Shown here in pieces: positions 12,819-23,381 of a stretch of 64,000 bases of DNA. A program made the translations under genes and the position numbers. The notes beneath the pieces are model-generated. The model was not told where the DNA came from. It was given only the letters and a program-made list of their open reading frames with translations, and did no database searches. Source of the DNA: Psammoneis japonica (taxonomy: Eukaryota); NCBI GenBank assembly GCA_008632985.1, contig QPGO01000003.1:310001-374000 (forward strand), in the 5' to 3' direction. Position 1 is the stretch's first letter. Every line of letters starts with the position of its first letter.

Positions 12819-15800
12819 CTAAAAGTGCTGGTTGGTCCCGCTCAGTTTCGATTCTCGGAATTGGAACAAACCCTTCTGCTTTGTCAAGTCATGCTTTGAC
12901 TTGACAAAAGAGTGAACATCGACATGAGTTGACAAATCACACCATTGATCACAAATGAAACATTCAACCCTGTGTTCTGATTTGTCGGGCCACAAACCGC
13001 TTGTCGACTTAGTCGAATGTTCCACAGAGCGAACGGGTGACACACCCCGATCGCTCAACACGAGGCAGCATGGATCCTTGCACAACTTGTTGTTCATCGA
13101 TCGACACTCCCTGCAGCCCAGCTGGCCACATTTAGCCCAGGTTGGTCTCCTGCCATTTTTTCTTGCAACTTCAATTGCATTTTGAACAACTTCCCTTGCC
13201 CTCAATGAGGAGATCCGTTCGCCTCTCTCGTGTGCTTCTTTCCCGACAACACACATGTCAACAAACAGATAAAATCCAGAATCGCCCTTGGACATGCGCG
13301 CCACTGCTGCATTTTGAGGGGGGATTTGTCCCATGACGGAAGCCAATTGGATCGTCAAAGCCCCGCGCACATCGGCCAACCTCATGCTTGGCAGCCACTG
13401 CTCTGGCAGTTTGTTCTTCCTGGCTTCACGACAAAACAAAAGTTCCCCAGCAGATTCGTGACTTCCACCAGTGTCCTTTGCCCGCAGAACATCAAATTGA
13501 CTGGAAATGAACACACAGCAGATTTGCATCTCCTTGATTTTGGTCAAGGAAGGATCCATTCGTTGAAATCTCTGTGACATCGAACACGTTGTTCCACTCA
13601 TGTCACCATTGTTCTTCAATTGCTTCATCATTGACACTGATCGGTGGCGCAACAATCCCATCTCATTTTTCTGCAACAAAGTTTTCATTGATTCTTGGTT
13701 TTTGGGTTTCACAGATTCTTTCAATGCAACAAGAGCAACAAGAGGTGCACCATTGAATTCCACACCCACAAATGCCGCGAATTCGTCTCCGTGGTGAAAA
13801 GTGACGTGCCCCTCACAGTGGAATGTGAAATTGAACCAGCTGTGGGCGATTGATCCCAGGAGGAGGTCTCTGTCTTTGCCTTCATCAACAAGCAATCCCA
13901 ACATGCCTTTGTGGTCGCCACTGTCAAATCGCTGCAGGTGATCCCTGACATGCTGGGTCGTGCACTGAATGTCATCTTTGTTCTCCACAGTCAAAAGGTT
14001 GAAGCTGTCTGTCGGGGATTCCAGTTGTTCGAACAGGGCATTTGCATGTTCACAATCCGTCTTGAACAGCAGCTTTCACAACTGAAGTCCGACAATCTCT
14101 CGGTTGTACGACAGATGGTTGAACGTGGTGTTGGTGATGGGGACCGAATGCCTTTTCAGCTTGTCCACCAAATCTTTGCCAATGTTGCAATCCCGCCAAT
14201 CATCAATGAAGACAGTGCCGTTGCCAATGTCATCCAAGAGGAATTCCCACTCATTTTCCCTGTTGAAGTGTGTGAAATCAAAGCCGGCAATGTGAGATCC
14301 TGCCTCACTGAGCTTTAACACACCTCGCAATCGTTCTGGGCAACCCAACCAGACTTGGCATTTCTCAGACAACCTTCGTCTTTCCTCCGACATTGCTCCT
14401 TGGGAAGACCTTGGTGTTCCCTGCAAAGCTTTTTGGCACACAATGTGAACCACAATCACGGTCAGTTGCAAAATCCACTGTCTGCATCTCGGAGAGAGTT
14501 CCTTTTCCTTTTCTGTCGTTCCAGGCCTTGCAACACCTGACCCACCATGGCGGCTCCAACCTTGAGCAATCACTCCATTCACACCAAAATCTTTGGCAAC
14601 AGTCCCTCAAAATGAATGGCCAAACTTTGCTGCAAGTAAAAACTCTCTTGCTGACCCACTGCTCAGTCCCTGTTCAACAATGGTTCTGAGCTGCATTGAC
14701 AAACCTGATCCAAGAATTCTTTTGTCAAACTTGTGCGACCCGAAGACATCGCCATCGGCAATTCCCTCCATTGTGTCTGGGTTCAAAACGAATGGATGAG
14801 TTGGATCGCTTGCCCTGTGCGGATGGTTGGCATCCAAACGTAGAATCTCTGCCTCACTTTGCAGGTGCCGACACATTTGCTTCAAAGCATTCGGACCCAT
14901 CACACCATGTGCCGCCACATGCAGCTTGAAGTGGATGATGAGGGAACACCTCGTTCCTGCCCTGCCTGGTTTTTCAATGAATGGAGTGTCATTGTCGAAC
15001 GTGTCAGATGGCTTGTTGGACTTCCGGTGAGGTTGTTTCAGGTGGAATTTTTGCTTGAGTTCTCTTTTGTTGTTCGCATTTTCGCCAATGCTTTTGGGAC
15101 GCATTAAGGACAAACCCCAGTTCTTGCCACCAACCCCATGTGGTTGGTCCTTCTGCCTCCAACAGCTGAGAAGATCGGCGTTGTGCTGTTTGATTTGCTG
15201 GAGGAGAGATTCTTCGCTGGTTTTCTTGCTGTTTTTTATCCCACATGCTGTCAGGTGCGTCTTTGCAGCCAAGATCAAACTGCACAGCATTCCGGATGGG
15301 TGCAGGCCTGCAACATGGGCATTGCCGATGACACTCGTGTCTCTTGAGACTGCATGTTGGACAATGCACACAGTTGTCACCGGTGAAAACTGGTGCATGG
15401 CAAGGGTCCTTTCTTCTTCCAGTTAATCCAATGCATTTGACTGGACCCCCGAAATCTGGAAAATGCGCCAAGGCAGCTTCATCTGTTGCTGTGAGGTGTT
15501 TCACTTCTTCGTGTTTTAACTCACAATCCCCAATGCATTCATCCCTTGTACAAAACTTTCCGCAGGCAGAGATGTCTGCTTGTGCCTCATCTCGAAGGAT
15601 GGGGGCCTCGTCGTGTGCTTGCTCTTCATGCAAGAAGTGCATCAGGTGCTCTTCCGACATGCGTTGTTTCTTCCATTCGATCCAAAACTCGGAAAACGCA
15701 AGATTGTGCGCAGGCAGGAAGAACATCCCATTGTCCGTCAGTGACTGCAGCAGCTCCCTGAGTGCATCTTGGAAAAAAGGTCCCTTTGGAACTGAAGCCG

Positions 15801-16600
15801 AGAGACAGGCCGGGTTTGAATGCATGCAGTCAAAGCAAATGTGATCGAACTTTGTCTCTTTGGATGATCTCTTCCACTCCGCTGATCTGTGCAAACTTAG
15901 AACATCACACTCCATGTGCTTTGGTGAGGAAGCACAGCGCATCCTCTTGTCAATTGTGCAAACGTCACATCCAAGATCCACTGGACGTTGAGTTTGAATG
16001 CTGTTGCGTGCATCTTTGTCACTTCCATTTAAATCACCACCAACTTCCATGCCAATCACCAACAATCTGCTGGCATTGATTGGATGTTCGTCAACCATGT
16101 CATCTGTCTCCACCCGTGTGGGGTCGTTGTCATTGTTGTGGGCAGCCACCTCAACGGAGTCGACACCGGTGGCAATCGTTTGACTTTGATCATTGCCATC
16201 ATTCTAGAAGAGACATCAACATGCACTTTGTCAGGTGGGGAACCGACAGGAAAGGGAAGCAGTGCGACAGATGAAATCCCTCACCGGCGAATGTTCTTCA
16301 CCATCTGCAACAGTCCAAATTTGTTGTTCGTCATCCATGACATCCATCTCTGCCCATGTTGTGTCATTGTCATCGTCTTTGGCACCTTCCACACAGGAAT
16401 CAACACCAGTTGCAATCGTTGGAGCTTTAGCTGGGGCGTCATTCTAGGAAACATCAACAACAATTTTTTTAGGCAAGAAACAGATGGGAATTGGAAGTGG
16501 CACGCAAGATGCAATCCCTTGCCTGTGCCACTGCAGATCTTTTGCATTTTTTGTTTTGGAAGCAGAGAGCATTGATGATTTTTTTGCATGCCTTTTTTTT
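12819..16600 (-). pseudogene. Decayed large multidomain gene with an N-proximal class I SAM-dependent methyltransferase-like domain
   Basis: ORFs 14607-15398, 14076-14582 and 12819-13994 share one frame, separated by single TGA codons. ORF 15004-16149 shows a Rossmann MTase pattern: RLLVIGMEVGG, GCDVCTID, HMECDVLSL, KFDHICFD, LRELLQSLTDNGMFFLP. An internal peptide repeat (TIATGVDS..) lies at 16090-16460. Confidence 0.55.
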
Positions 16601-17898
16601 CTTTCGTTGAGCCAGCTCTGGTGGGGCGGCCTCCTTCAAAGCCAATCTAATGCAGCTTGGGTGTGCCGGCCATTTTGCAAGTTCACCAAGGTGGTTTGGG
16701 TTGTGTGCATTGCTCTTCCCACTGCTCTTGAACGTAAAGATTTTTGCATCAAACATCATCAGCACAATGCCGCGGATTGAGTGATCTGTCAAACCACTTT
16801 TTTTGAGTGACGAACAAGCATGACCGCATTTATTTGCCCAACGTGTGGGAGAACAACATGGCCTCAATTTGGTGTCAAGGCTGTTTTCTGTGCAAAACGG
16901 GGCCAGATGCACCGGCGGGGGACAACGTCCAGATGGATTGTTGGTCAACACTGCAGGTTGAGTGGGGTGGAATGTCATCGGGAGAGAAGTGTGATGCATC
17001 GGACGGAAATGAGATTCGTTGGTTCCACTTCGTTGATGTGGCCTGACAGGCAAGGGATTGGGTGTGATTCTTTGGGGTGGGATCATTTTGAGGTTGTTGT
17101 TTTGCAAAGGGAATGACAAGGCTGCAGAAGACAAGAAATGGAGTCACCCAAACAACATCTGTTTGCTGCTCAACATGAGTTGATCAGCGACTTGGACAAG
17201 ATTCGGGAGAATGTGTTTTGCTGTGGGAGATGTGCTTTGTGTCACAATGCTGCACAGGCTGGCATCAAGTGCACAAGCAAAAAAGTGGTGCCAAAGGCAT
17301 TCATTGCCAGATGCGTGCATCAATGAAAAACTGATGCCAAACTCTTCTGTCAACAAATGTGCCCAACAACAGAAAAGTGACACCGAATTGCTTTGTTGAC
17401 AAATGGTTGCAATGACAAAAAAGTGATGCCAAGTTGCTCTGTCAACAGATGTGTGCATTGCTGAAAAAGCAACAGTTTGTTTGTGGTGTGGAATGTGTGG
17501 TGGATGGAAGCTTTTGCTTTGTGTCTGCCGCTGTGGTGATGTGAAAATGTCTCACATCATCACTGACAGGATTGTGAGTGACAAAATTGTTTTCTGTGCT
17601 TTTGAGACAGCCAGGATGACCCATTTGATGAGATCATTCAGCAAACAGGATCGATGAAGATCACATCACACGTGACTGTTTACAAAAAAACATCTGTGGT
17701 GCACCCGACAGATGGACTGCCGTTGTCAAAACATCACACGGGACCATTTACAAAAAAAAAACACCCGTGGTGCACACAACAGATGGACCACCGTTGGCAA
17801 CACATGTTTGGCGAGAAAGCCGTTTTTGTTGGAAAGCAATGGGTGCGGACTTTGCTGGATCGGGTCTGTTCCACTGAAAGAAAAAGACTGGGTGCCAT

Positions 17899-18699
17899 TT
17901 GATTTGGCAGAACAGGCATTTTCAGAGAATGGCGTGGAAGTGTTCTGTGAACGGATGCCGGAAATTTGCCTGTTGGCTGACAACGTTGTGCCAGAAACAT
18001 GGCAAGTTGCTGACACACCCGGGCAAAATGAAATCTCATGTCGTCAAGAGTGAGAAGGTGGGGTCCAAAGAAAGAGAGCACCAGGAAAGAAAAAAAGGCC
18101 GCTCACAAAAATTCAAAACACCACCGCCGCTGCTCAACAAGATGACAACACTTGCAAACAAGGCACCAAGTGGGAAGGGAGAAAAGGAAGGACACCGTTT
18201 TGTTGGTGAGTTCGCCATTGACAAAAAGGAAAAGGTGGAGGGCATTGGGTTGGCAGAAAAAATGTTGGAGTCAATTCCTGGCTTTCCCCTGGCAGGTGAT
18301 TTAAGCAGAAAGATGTCCCGGCACACAGCAGCAAACGCTCCTGCTTCAAGTTCAAAATCTAACTTCTGGTCAAAGGGGGAAATTCATCGCGATTACGTGG
18401 AAACAAAATTGTTGCCTGGCAACAAAATTTTCACCGTGTTTCTGTTCCTTGATGACACAACGGAGCACAATGGTGCAGTGGAGACATGGCCGGACAGTTG
18501 TGAGGCAACATTGAATGAGAAGGAATGTGAAAGACACTTGGTTGGGTTGGGTTTGGAAAAACTGTTGCTGGTTGGAGAAGCAGGCACTGCATTTGTTTTT
18601 GATGCAAGAATGTTGCACCAAGCTTTGCCTGACAAAACAAACTCGGATCGAAGGAACATGGCATGTCCAGTCCACAATTTTGACGTGGCAAGCGTGTGA
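17899..18699 (+). pseudogene. PhyH-like 2-oxoglutarate/Fe(II) dioxygenase, TpA-mutated
   Basis: HRD (HxD), FTVFLFLDDTTEHNGAVETWPDS and GEAGTAFVFDARMLHQALPDKTNSDRR (distal His and Arg); only one Tyr remains. Confidence 0.75.
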
Positions 18700-19044
18700 A
18701 CACAGTGAGCGTGTGAACAAGTGTGTGTTGGAATGCAAAACTGGCGAAGCAGCGAGTTAACATGGGCACAAAGTGGGTTTGTGCAAAGGGCCAATTGACA
18801 ATGCATTGCTCACATGGACGACAGTTGCATCACAAACAAAGTGGAATTGCAAAGTCACCCACTTTTGGCAGGCTTGAATTTGCATTTGATGTCAGACCCT
18901 GGGTCGTTCCCAGTGGAATGCCTGGTCTCCACGGCATCGTCTCTTTTCTTGGTGCACTTGTGAAGTGGGTGCCTGTCGACACCGCCTCACCATGACAGAT
19001 CGTCTGGACAGGCAGGAACAAAGAATGCTTCATGCCTCCATTTG

Positions 19045-19482
19045 TGCAGCATGCATGCAGACAAAAGGTTATTTTGTCACGCCCTTTGTGACATTTAAAG
19101 GCTGTCACACGTCGCCGTGACACATTGACTCTCATCAGCAGCTGTGTGTTGCACTCCTCCCCATGTGTCACGCGTCCATGCGGCTCTTTGCCAACGTGTG
19201 CTGACACTGCACGGTTTTGGCGGAACAGTGTGGGTGCGCACGAAGGAACACACAGAACTGCACAGAGTTTCACGCGTTCGACAGTGATCAACGTTGCTGC
19301 AGACAACTCCCACTCAGGGTTTCGAACCCCTGGCCTCCTGCCCAATGGTTGCGATGCACCACTCCATCATGAATTCACAATGCAGCATGCATGCAGACAA
19401 AAGGTTATTTTGTCACGCCCTTTGTGACATTTAAAGGCTGCAACACGTCGCCGTGATGCATTGACTCTTGTCAGCAGCTGTG
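19045..19482. repeat. Direct repeat of about 102 bp (19045-19146 and 19381-19482) duplicating the C-terminal part of the DOT1-like ORF
   Basis: tgcagcatgcatgcagacaaaaggttattttgtcacgccc... occurs twice; differences include gacac/gatgc and ctcat/cttgt. Confidence 0.9.
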
Positions 19483-20062
19483 CACTGCATTTGTGCGCAC
19501 AAACACAAAACATCACGTCCAGTGAAACAACAATGGCACCTTCAGGACACTCGTTGGACAGCATCTCCTCGAGTTGGTTCTGTGCCGCGTTGTTGTCAAA
19601 AAGCATTCGCCCATTGTGGTTGTTGAAGAAAATCTTTAAGTTGTTCAGACGGTGCAACCGATGCACAGCATCGTCTTCGGAGAGGAAGTCCTGATTGATC
19701 AGGGTCGGAAAGCGACTGGCATTGTTGTGCCATGTGGCATTGCACCACTGAGAGCCAAGATCATGACGGGGACGGTGGAACTCGATGCTGCAGGCATCAC
19801 AGGCAGGAACAAGCAGACGACAGGCAATCGCAAAACCACCAACACCACCACCAATGTCGAGGAAATTAAAACGGCTTCGAATTTGTGCCGCAAAGAGAGC
19901 GGGGTTACAAACAACCTTGGCGGAGAAGGCAAAGCTTGCCGTGCCACCGTGTGATTCCACACCACCACCAGCAAAACGACCAATTTGATCATCAATTGGC
20001 GGCATGTGATTGCAACAGAGGGAACATGCGTTCTTGTGACGGGAACGACTCATGACAACCAC
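19367..20062 (-). pseudogene. DOT1-like (H3K79-type) SAM-dependent methyltransferase, TpA-mutated
   Basis: Motif order matches DOT1: ESHGGT (YGE-like), FLDIGGGVGG, SIEF..PRHDLG, NQDFL, IFFNNHNG (NN motif), ECPEGAIVVSL. No Tyr in 231 aa. Confidence 0.65.
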
Positions 20063-20849
20063 ATCTCAGTGACAATGACACACTTCAGTGGACATTAAAG
20101 TGGGTTGGAAAATTTGGGCAACAGAGAGAGCAGCTGGACAAACATGGTGTCGGGGAAGCAGAGGGAATGACCCATTAAGACAGGGACAACAAATGGGAGG
20201 TTTGACACGACTCAACACACCAAATGAAGCAGATGTTGCATCCAGAAGGAAGCGCAATGCATGCATTAATGTGAGCAGATGCAACATGTTGTTTGGCATT
20301 GATTCAAATGATGTGGCAATCTTCATTGGTGTGTTGGATTGGCTGGCAAAGGTGCGCAATTCAAAACAGTGAAACGTTGACAGAAATGCAAACATGGGGT
20401 TGGGGATGAGCACTCAAAAATGATGCAAAGACCTGTTTGAATCGAGAGAGGACACGCGAGCAACGACAAAACCAAGAAAATCACATGCAAAAGTGCACTC
20501 TTTTTGCAACTTGCCTTTCACAAAGCGACAGGAAAGGACGGAAGTTCCAAACAAGAGGAAGCCATTGGGAAGGTAAAAAAAATGGAGGGTGCAGTTCTCA
20601 CAGGAGCAACGGAGGGAGGAAGTGCAACTTCCAGCAGCAAGTGAGATTGAGAAAGGACATGACAAAGAGTTGCTGATGAACCAGCACAATTGTTGGATTG
20701 ATCTGTGTGGTGTCACATGAAGTCACCACGAGTCCTGCGGTGGCGGCCTTGTTGCGTGCACAAAGAAACGAACATGGGGAATTGAGCAGATTCCAGCATG
20801 CAGGTGGCGATTCAAGTTCGGTGGTGACTCCCACAGAGGGATGTCTTGT

Positions 20850-22229
20850 GTTGGATTGTGCACTGGCGGTGGGCAAGAAATTGACAGCATCGATGTTGAC
20901 TGAGGTCATCAATGAGAGTGTTTGGCACATCGCAAGTTCGTGATCTTCGATCATGAACTCGCCATGGGAGGAGATTGCATGAAATTGGTTCTGCAGGAGT
21001 TGAGGAGCGTGGCGTCTTCACCGGAGAAGTTCTGGGAAGAATGCAAAGAGGTGTTCAGGACCAAACTCAACCGAAAGAGGAACAATGTGCAGGACAACAT
21101 TGGGAGGAGAATGACAGGCAAGCAGATGTGTGCGTGCCGGTGATTGTGTTGGAGGCGATTGTCTGACGGGATGAGTGTCTCTTCCTTTGCTGTTGTCTGT
21201 GCAGTTGCTGCTTTAGAGGGATCGCTGGTGGCTTGCGAAGACTTGATAAAGGGAAGAAATGACAAGGGACGCGTTCCAGCCCTAGGTGGGACTCCGTGTG
21301 ACATTGGGCCCGTAGAATTCTACGTGCGAGCTCCGTAGTACGAGAATTTAATTGATGGATATATTTATCTTCAACATCAAATAAACGGCCAAGTTTGTGG
21401 TACAATTATGCCTCTTACCACTCGACGTTTTTGCAAATGCGCCTGCCCTACGCGATTCTTAAGACATTATAGAATCGCGCTGTAACAAAAAATGTCAAAA
21501 GTTCTTGGACGGATCGCTCAATAAGTGTACCGTAAAATGACACAAAATATAAAAAAATCACGTAGAAATCTACGTGCGCGACATACGACGAGATTCAAAA
21601 AACTGTCGATGTCACAGTTCAGTGGTGCGAGGTCCCACCTAGACCTGGAACGCGTCAAGGACACATGTGCGTGGTTCTTGGAAACTGTGGTGCCGACGGT
21701 GGTGGGACAAGCGCAGTTTGGCAGAAGCACAACCGACATGCTTCAGGAACGGCTTTCGGTTTCGTCGGAGGCGTTTGCTCTGCCAGTGCACTTGAACCAC
21801 TGCAACAAGGTGAAAGACACGGCAGAGAAATTGGAAAAGGAAGAAAATGTTGCAAGGAGAAGAAAGCCAACTGTGAAAGATGCTGCTCCTGCAAAGCACA
21901 CAGCGCAGGCGGCCGGGGAATTGGCAAAGAGGAGCCAAGGATGGAGCAAGGAGGGGATCAAGAAGCACAATGATCCACATCAGTGGGTGGTGAAAGACAG
22001 AGAGAACAACCAGGGATTCGGTGCATGGTTCAAGGAGAGAAGGCGAGAGAAGACAAACTTGTCTCAGGAGGAAAACAAGAAATGCAAAAGAGAGGAAAAA
22101 AGAAAGGAGAGAGAGGAAGGATGGGCGGTGCCAATGGGAGAGGACCTGCCATTGCAGGCGGTGGCTGCAGGCAACGGAGCGGCAGCAAATGCCACAATGG
22201 CCACCAACCAAACTGGTGTGTGGACGTAA
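20850..22229 (+). pseudogene. Transposon-associated accessory ORF (SxEAFAL...KYT...GWSxEG type), interrupted by an intron and a MITE
   Basis: KFVIFDHEL..EKFWEECKEVFRTKLNRKRNNVQ, then a probable intron donor mutated to GCAAGC (about 21118). Removing the MITE joins DLIKGRNDK|DTCAWFLETVVPTVVG..SVSSEAFAL..KHT..GWSKEGIKKHN..VVKDR in frame. Confidence 0.6.
21268..21656. mobile_element. MITE (389 bp), TIR GACGCGTTCCAG..CTAGGTGGGAC, 4-bp TSD AAGG
   Basis: Left end gacgcgttccagccctaggtgggac, right end gtcccacctagacctggaacgcgtc; AAGG at 21264-21267 and 21657-21660. Excision restores the host reading frame. TA-rich. Confidence 0.9.
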
Positions 22230-23381
22230 TTTGAAACAAAAAACAAAATCCAGACAAGTGAAAATTAAAAAAAACATCATGCGACATGGTTTAGATGCAA
22301 TGACGTGTGGCAATTGGGAATTTGGATTTGAAAACGGCACAGCAAAGAGATAAAATGTAGGACGAGTTGGCAGAAAAGGAGGGTGGATTGTGAGCAGCAA
22401 CATTGTTTGTGTCAAAAGAACGAGAAACCCAAAATGTTGATTGGGGTGCAGGTCTGCATCATGTGAAAGGAATGATCACACTTAAAAGTGAGAAGCGATT
22501 TGGGTTTTGGAAGCTTGCAAACTTGTGCAGTTCTCACATTGCACTCAAGGAGAGAATTGGCTCACAAGTTGACAACAATCTGGCATTAAAGTCAAGAAAT
22601 GCCCAGATTGTGGCAGACGGTCAGACCCAGATTGTTGGCGTCCCAGATGTGGAAGGCAAAAAACCTTTTCAACGCAGCTGCACCTGGGCTCAGCAGCACC
22701 AAAGAACATGTTTTCAATTTTTATCCAAGTGCTTCTGTTCCATCCTTTTCCATTGTGTGGGAGCTTTGTGGCATCCTGCGCACACTCCCGCTGAATGACA
22801 TGATCGCACTCTTGGCGTTGGGGCGGCAGCGGTTTGAGCGTTGGTGAGAACGACTGCAGACTGCACAAAGTTCAAGATTTTTGCTGCACTTTTTGCTGTG
22901 CAACAAATTGACAACCCCCACCTGAACAGGCTTGTTTGCAGTCAGGGCCAGAAGAAAAACACGCAGCGGCACGTTTCTTTTTTGTGAAACAGCGGGAAGG
23001 CCTGGCGCTGGCGGCTTTTGAAGATTTCTTGTTGGCCCGCTCTTGTCACTTTGGTCACTTCTCACATTGTGACATGCAGTGAATGTGGTGACAAGAATTT
23101 CAACATCAGAGCAGAGTGCGCCATGCTTTGTCAAAAGCTCCCCAAAGTTGAAGCACCTCAGCACCGTTGCAGCGGGTGTTGGCCACGTCAGAGCCAAAGA
23201 GAGATGGGTGCGCAATTTTTCTCTGGAGAGGAGCATCAGAGCCAGCTGCTGCAGAGCTGCTTCTGTTGAGTCAAACAGACATGAAAAACATCAAGAACTT
23301 TGTGTTGTCATTCTTGTTGCTTTGCCATCAAATTTCTGCACACCAACGCATGTGCGCGCGTGCGAGCAGCACAGTTGTTGC

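Noticed and set aside
12819..13994. TET/JBP-like dioxygenase domain in the long minus-strand pseudogene
   Set aside because: His residues here may be mutated Tyr, and no convincing HxD...H...R arrangement could be identified by eye.
17678..17815. Short direct repeats (also 16090-16460 and 19045-19482) as a CRISPR-like array
   Set aside because: Only two degenerate copies each, no regular spacers, no cas genes and a eukaryotic context; these are ordinary local duplications.
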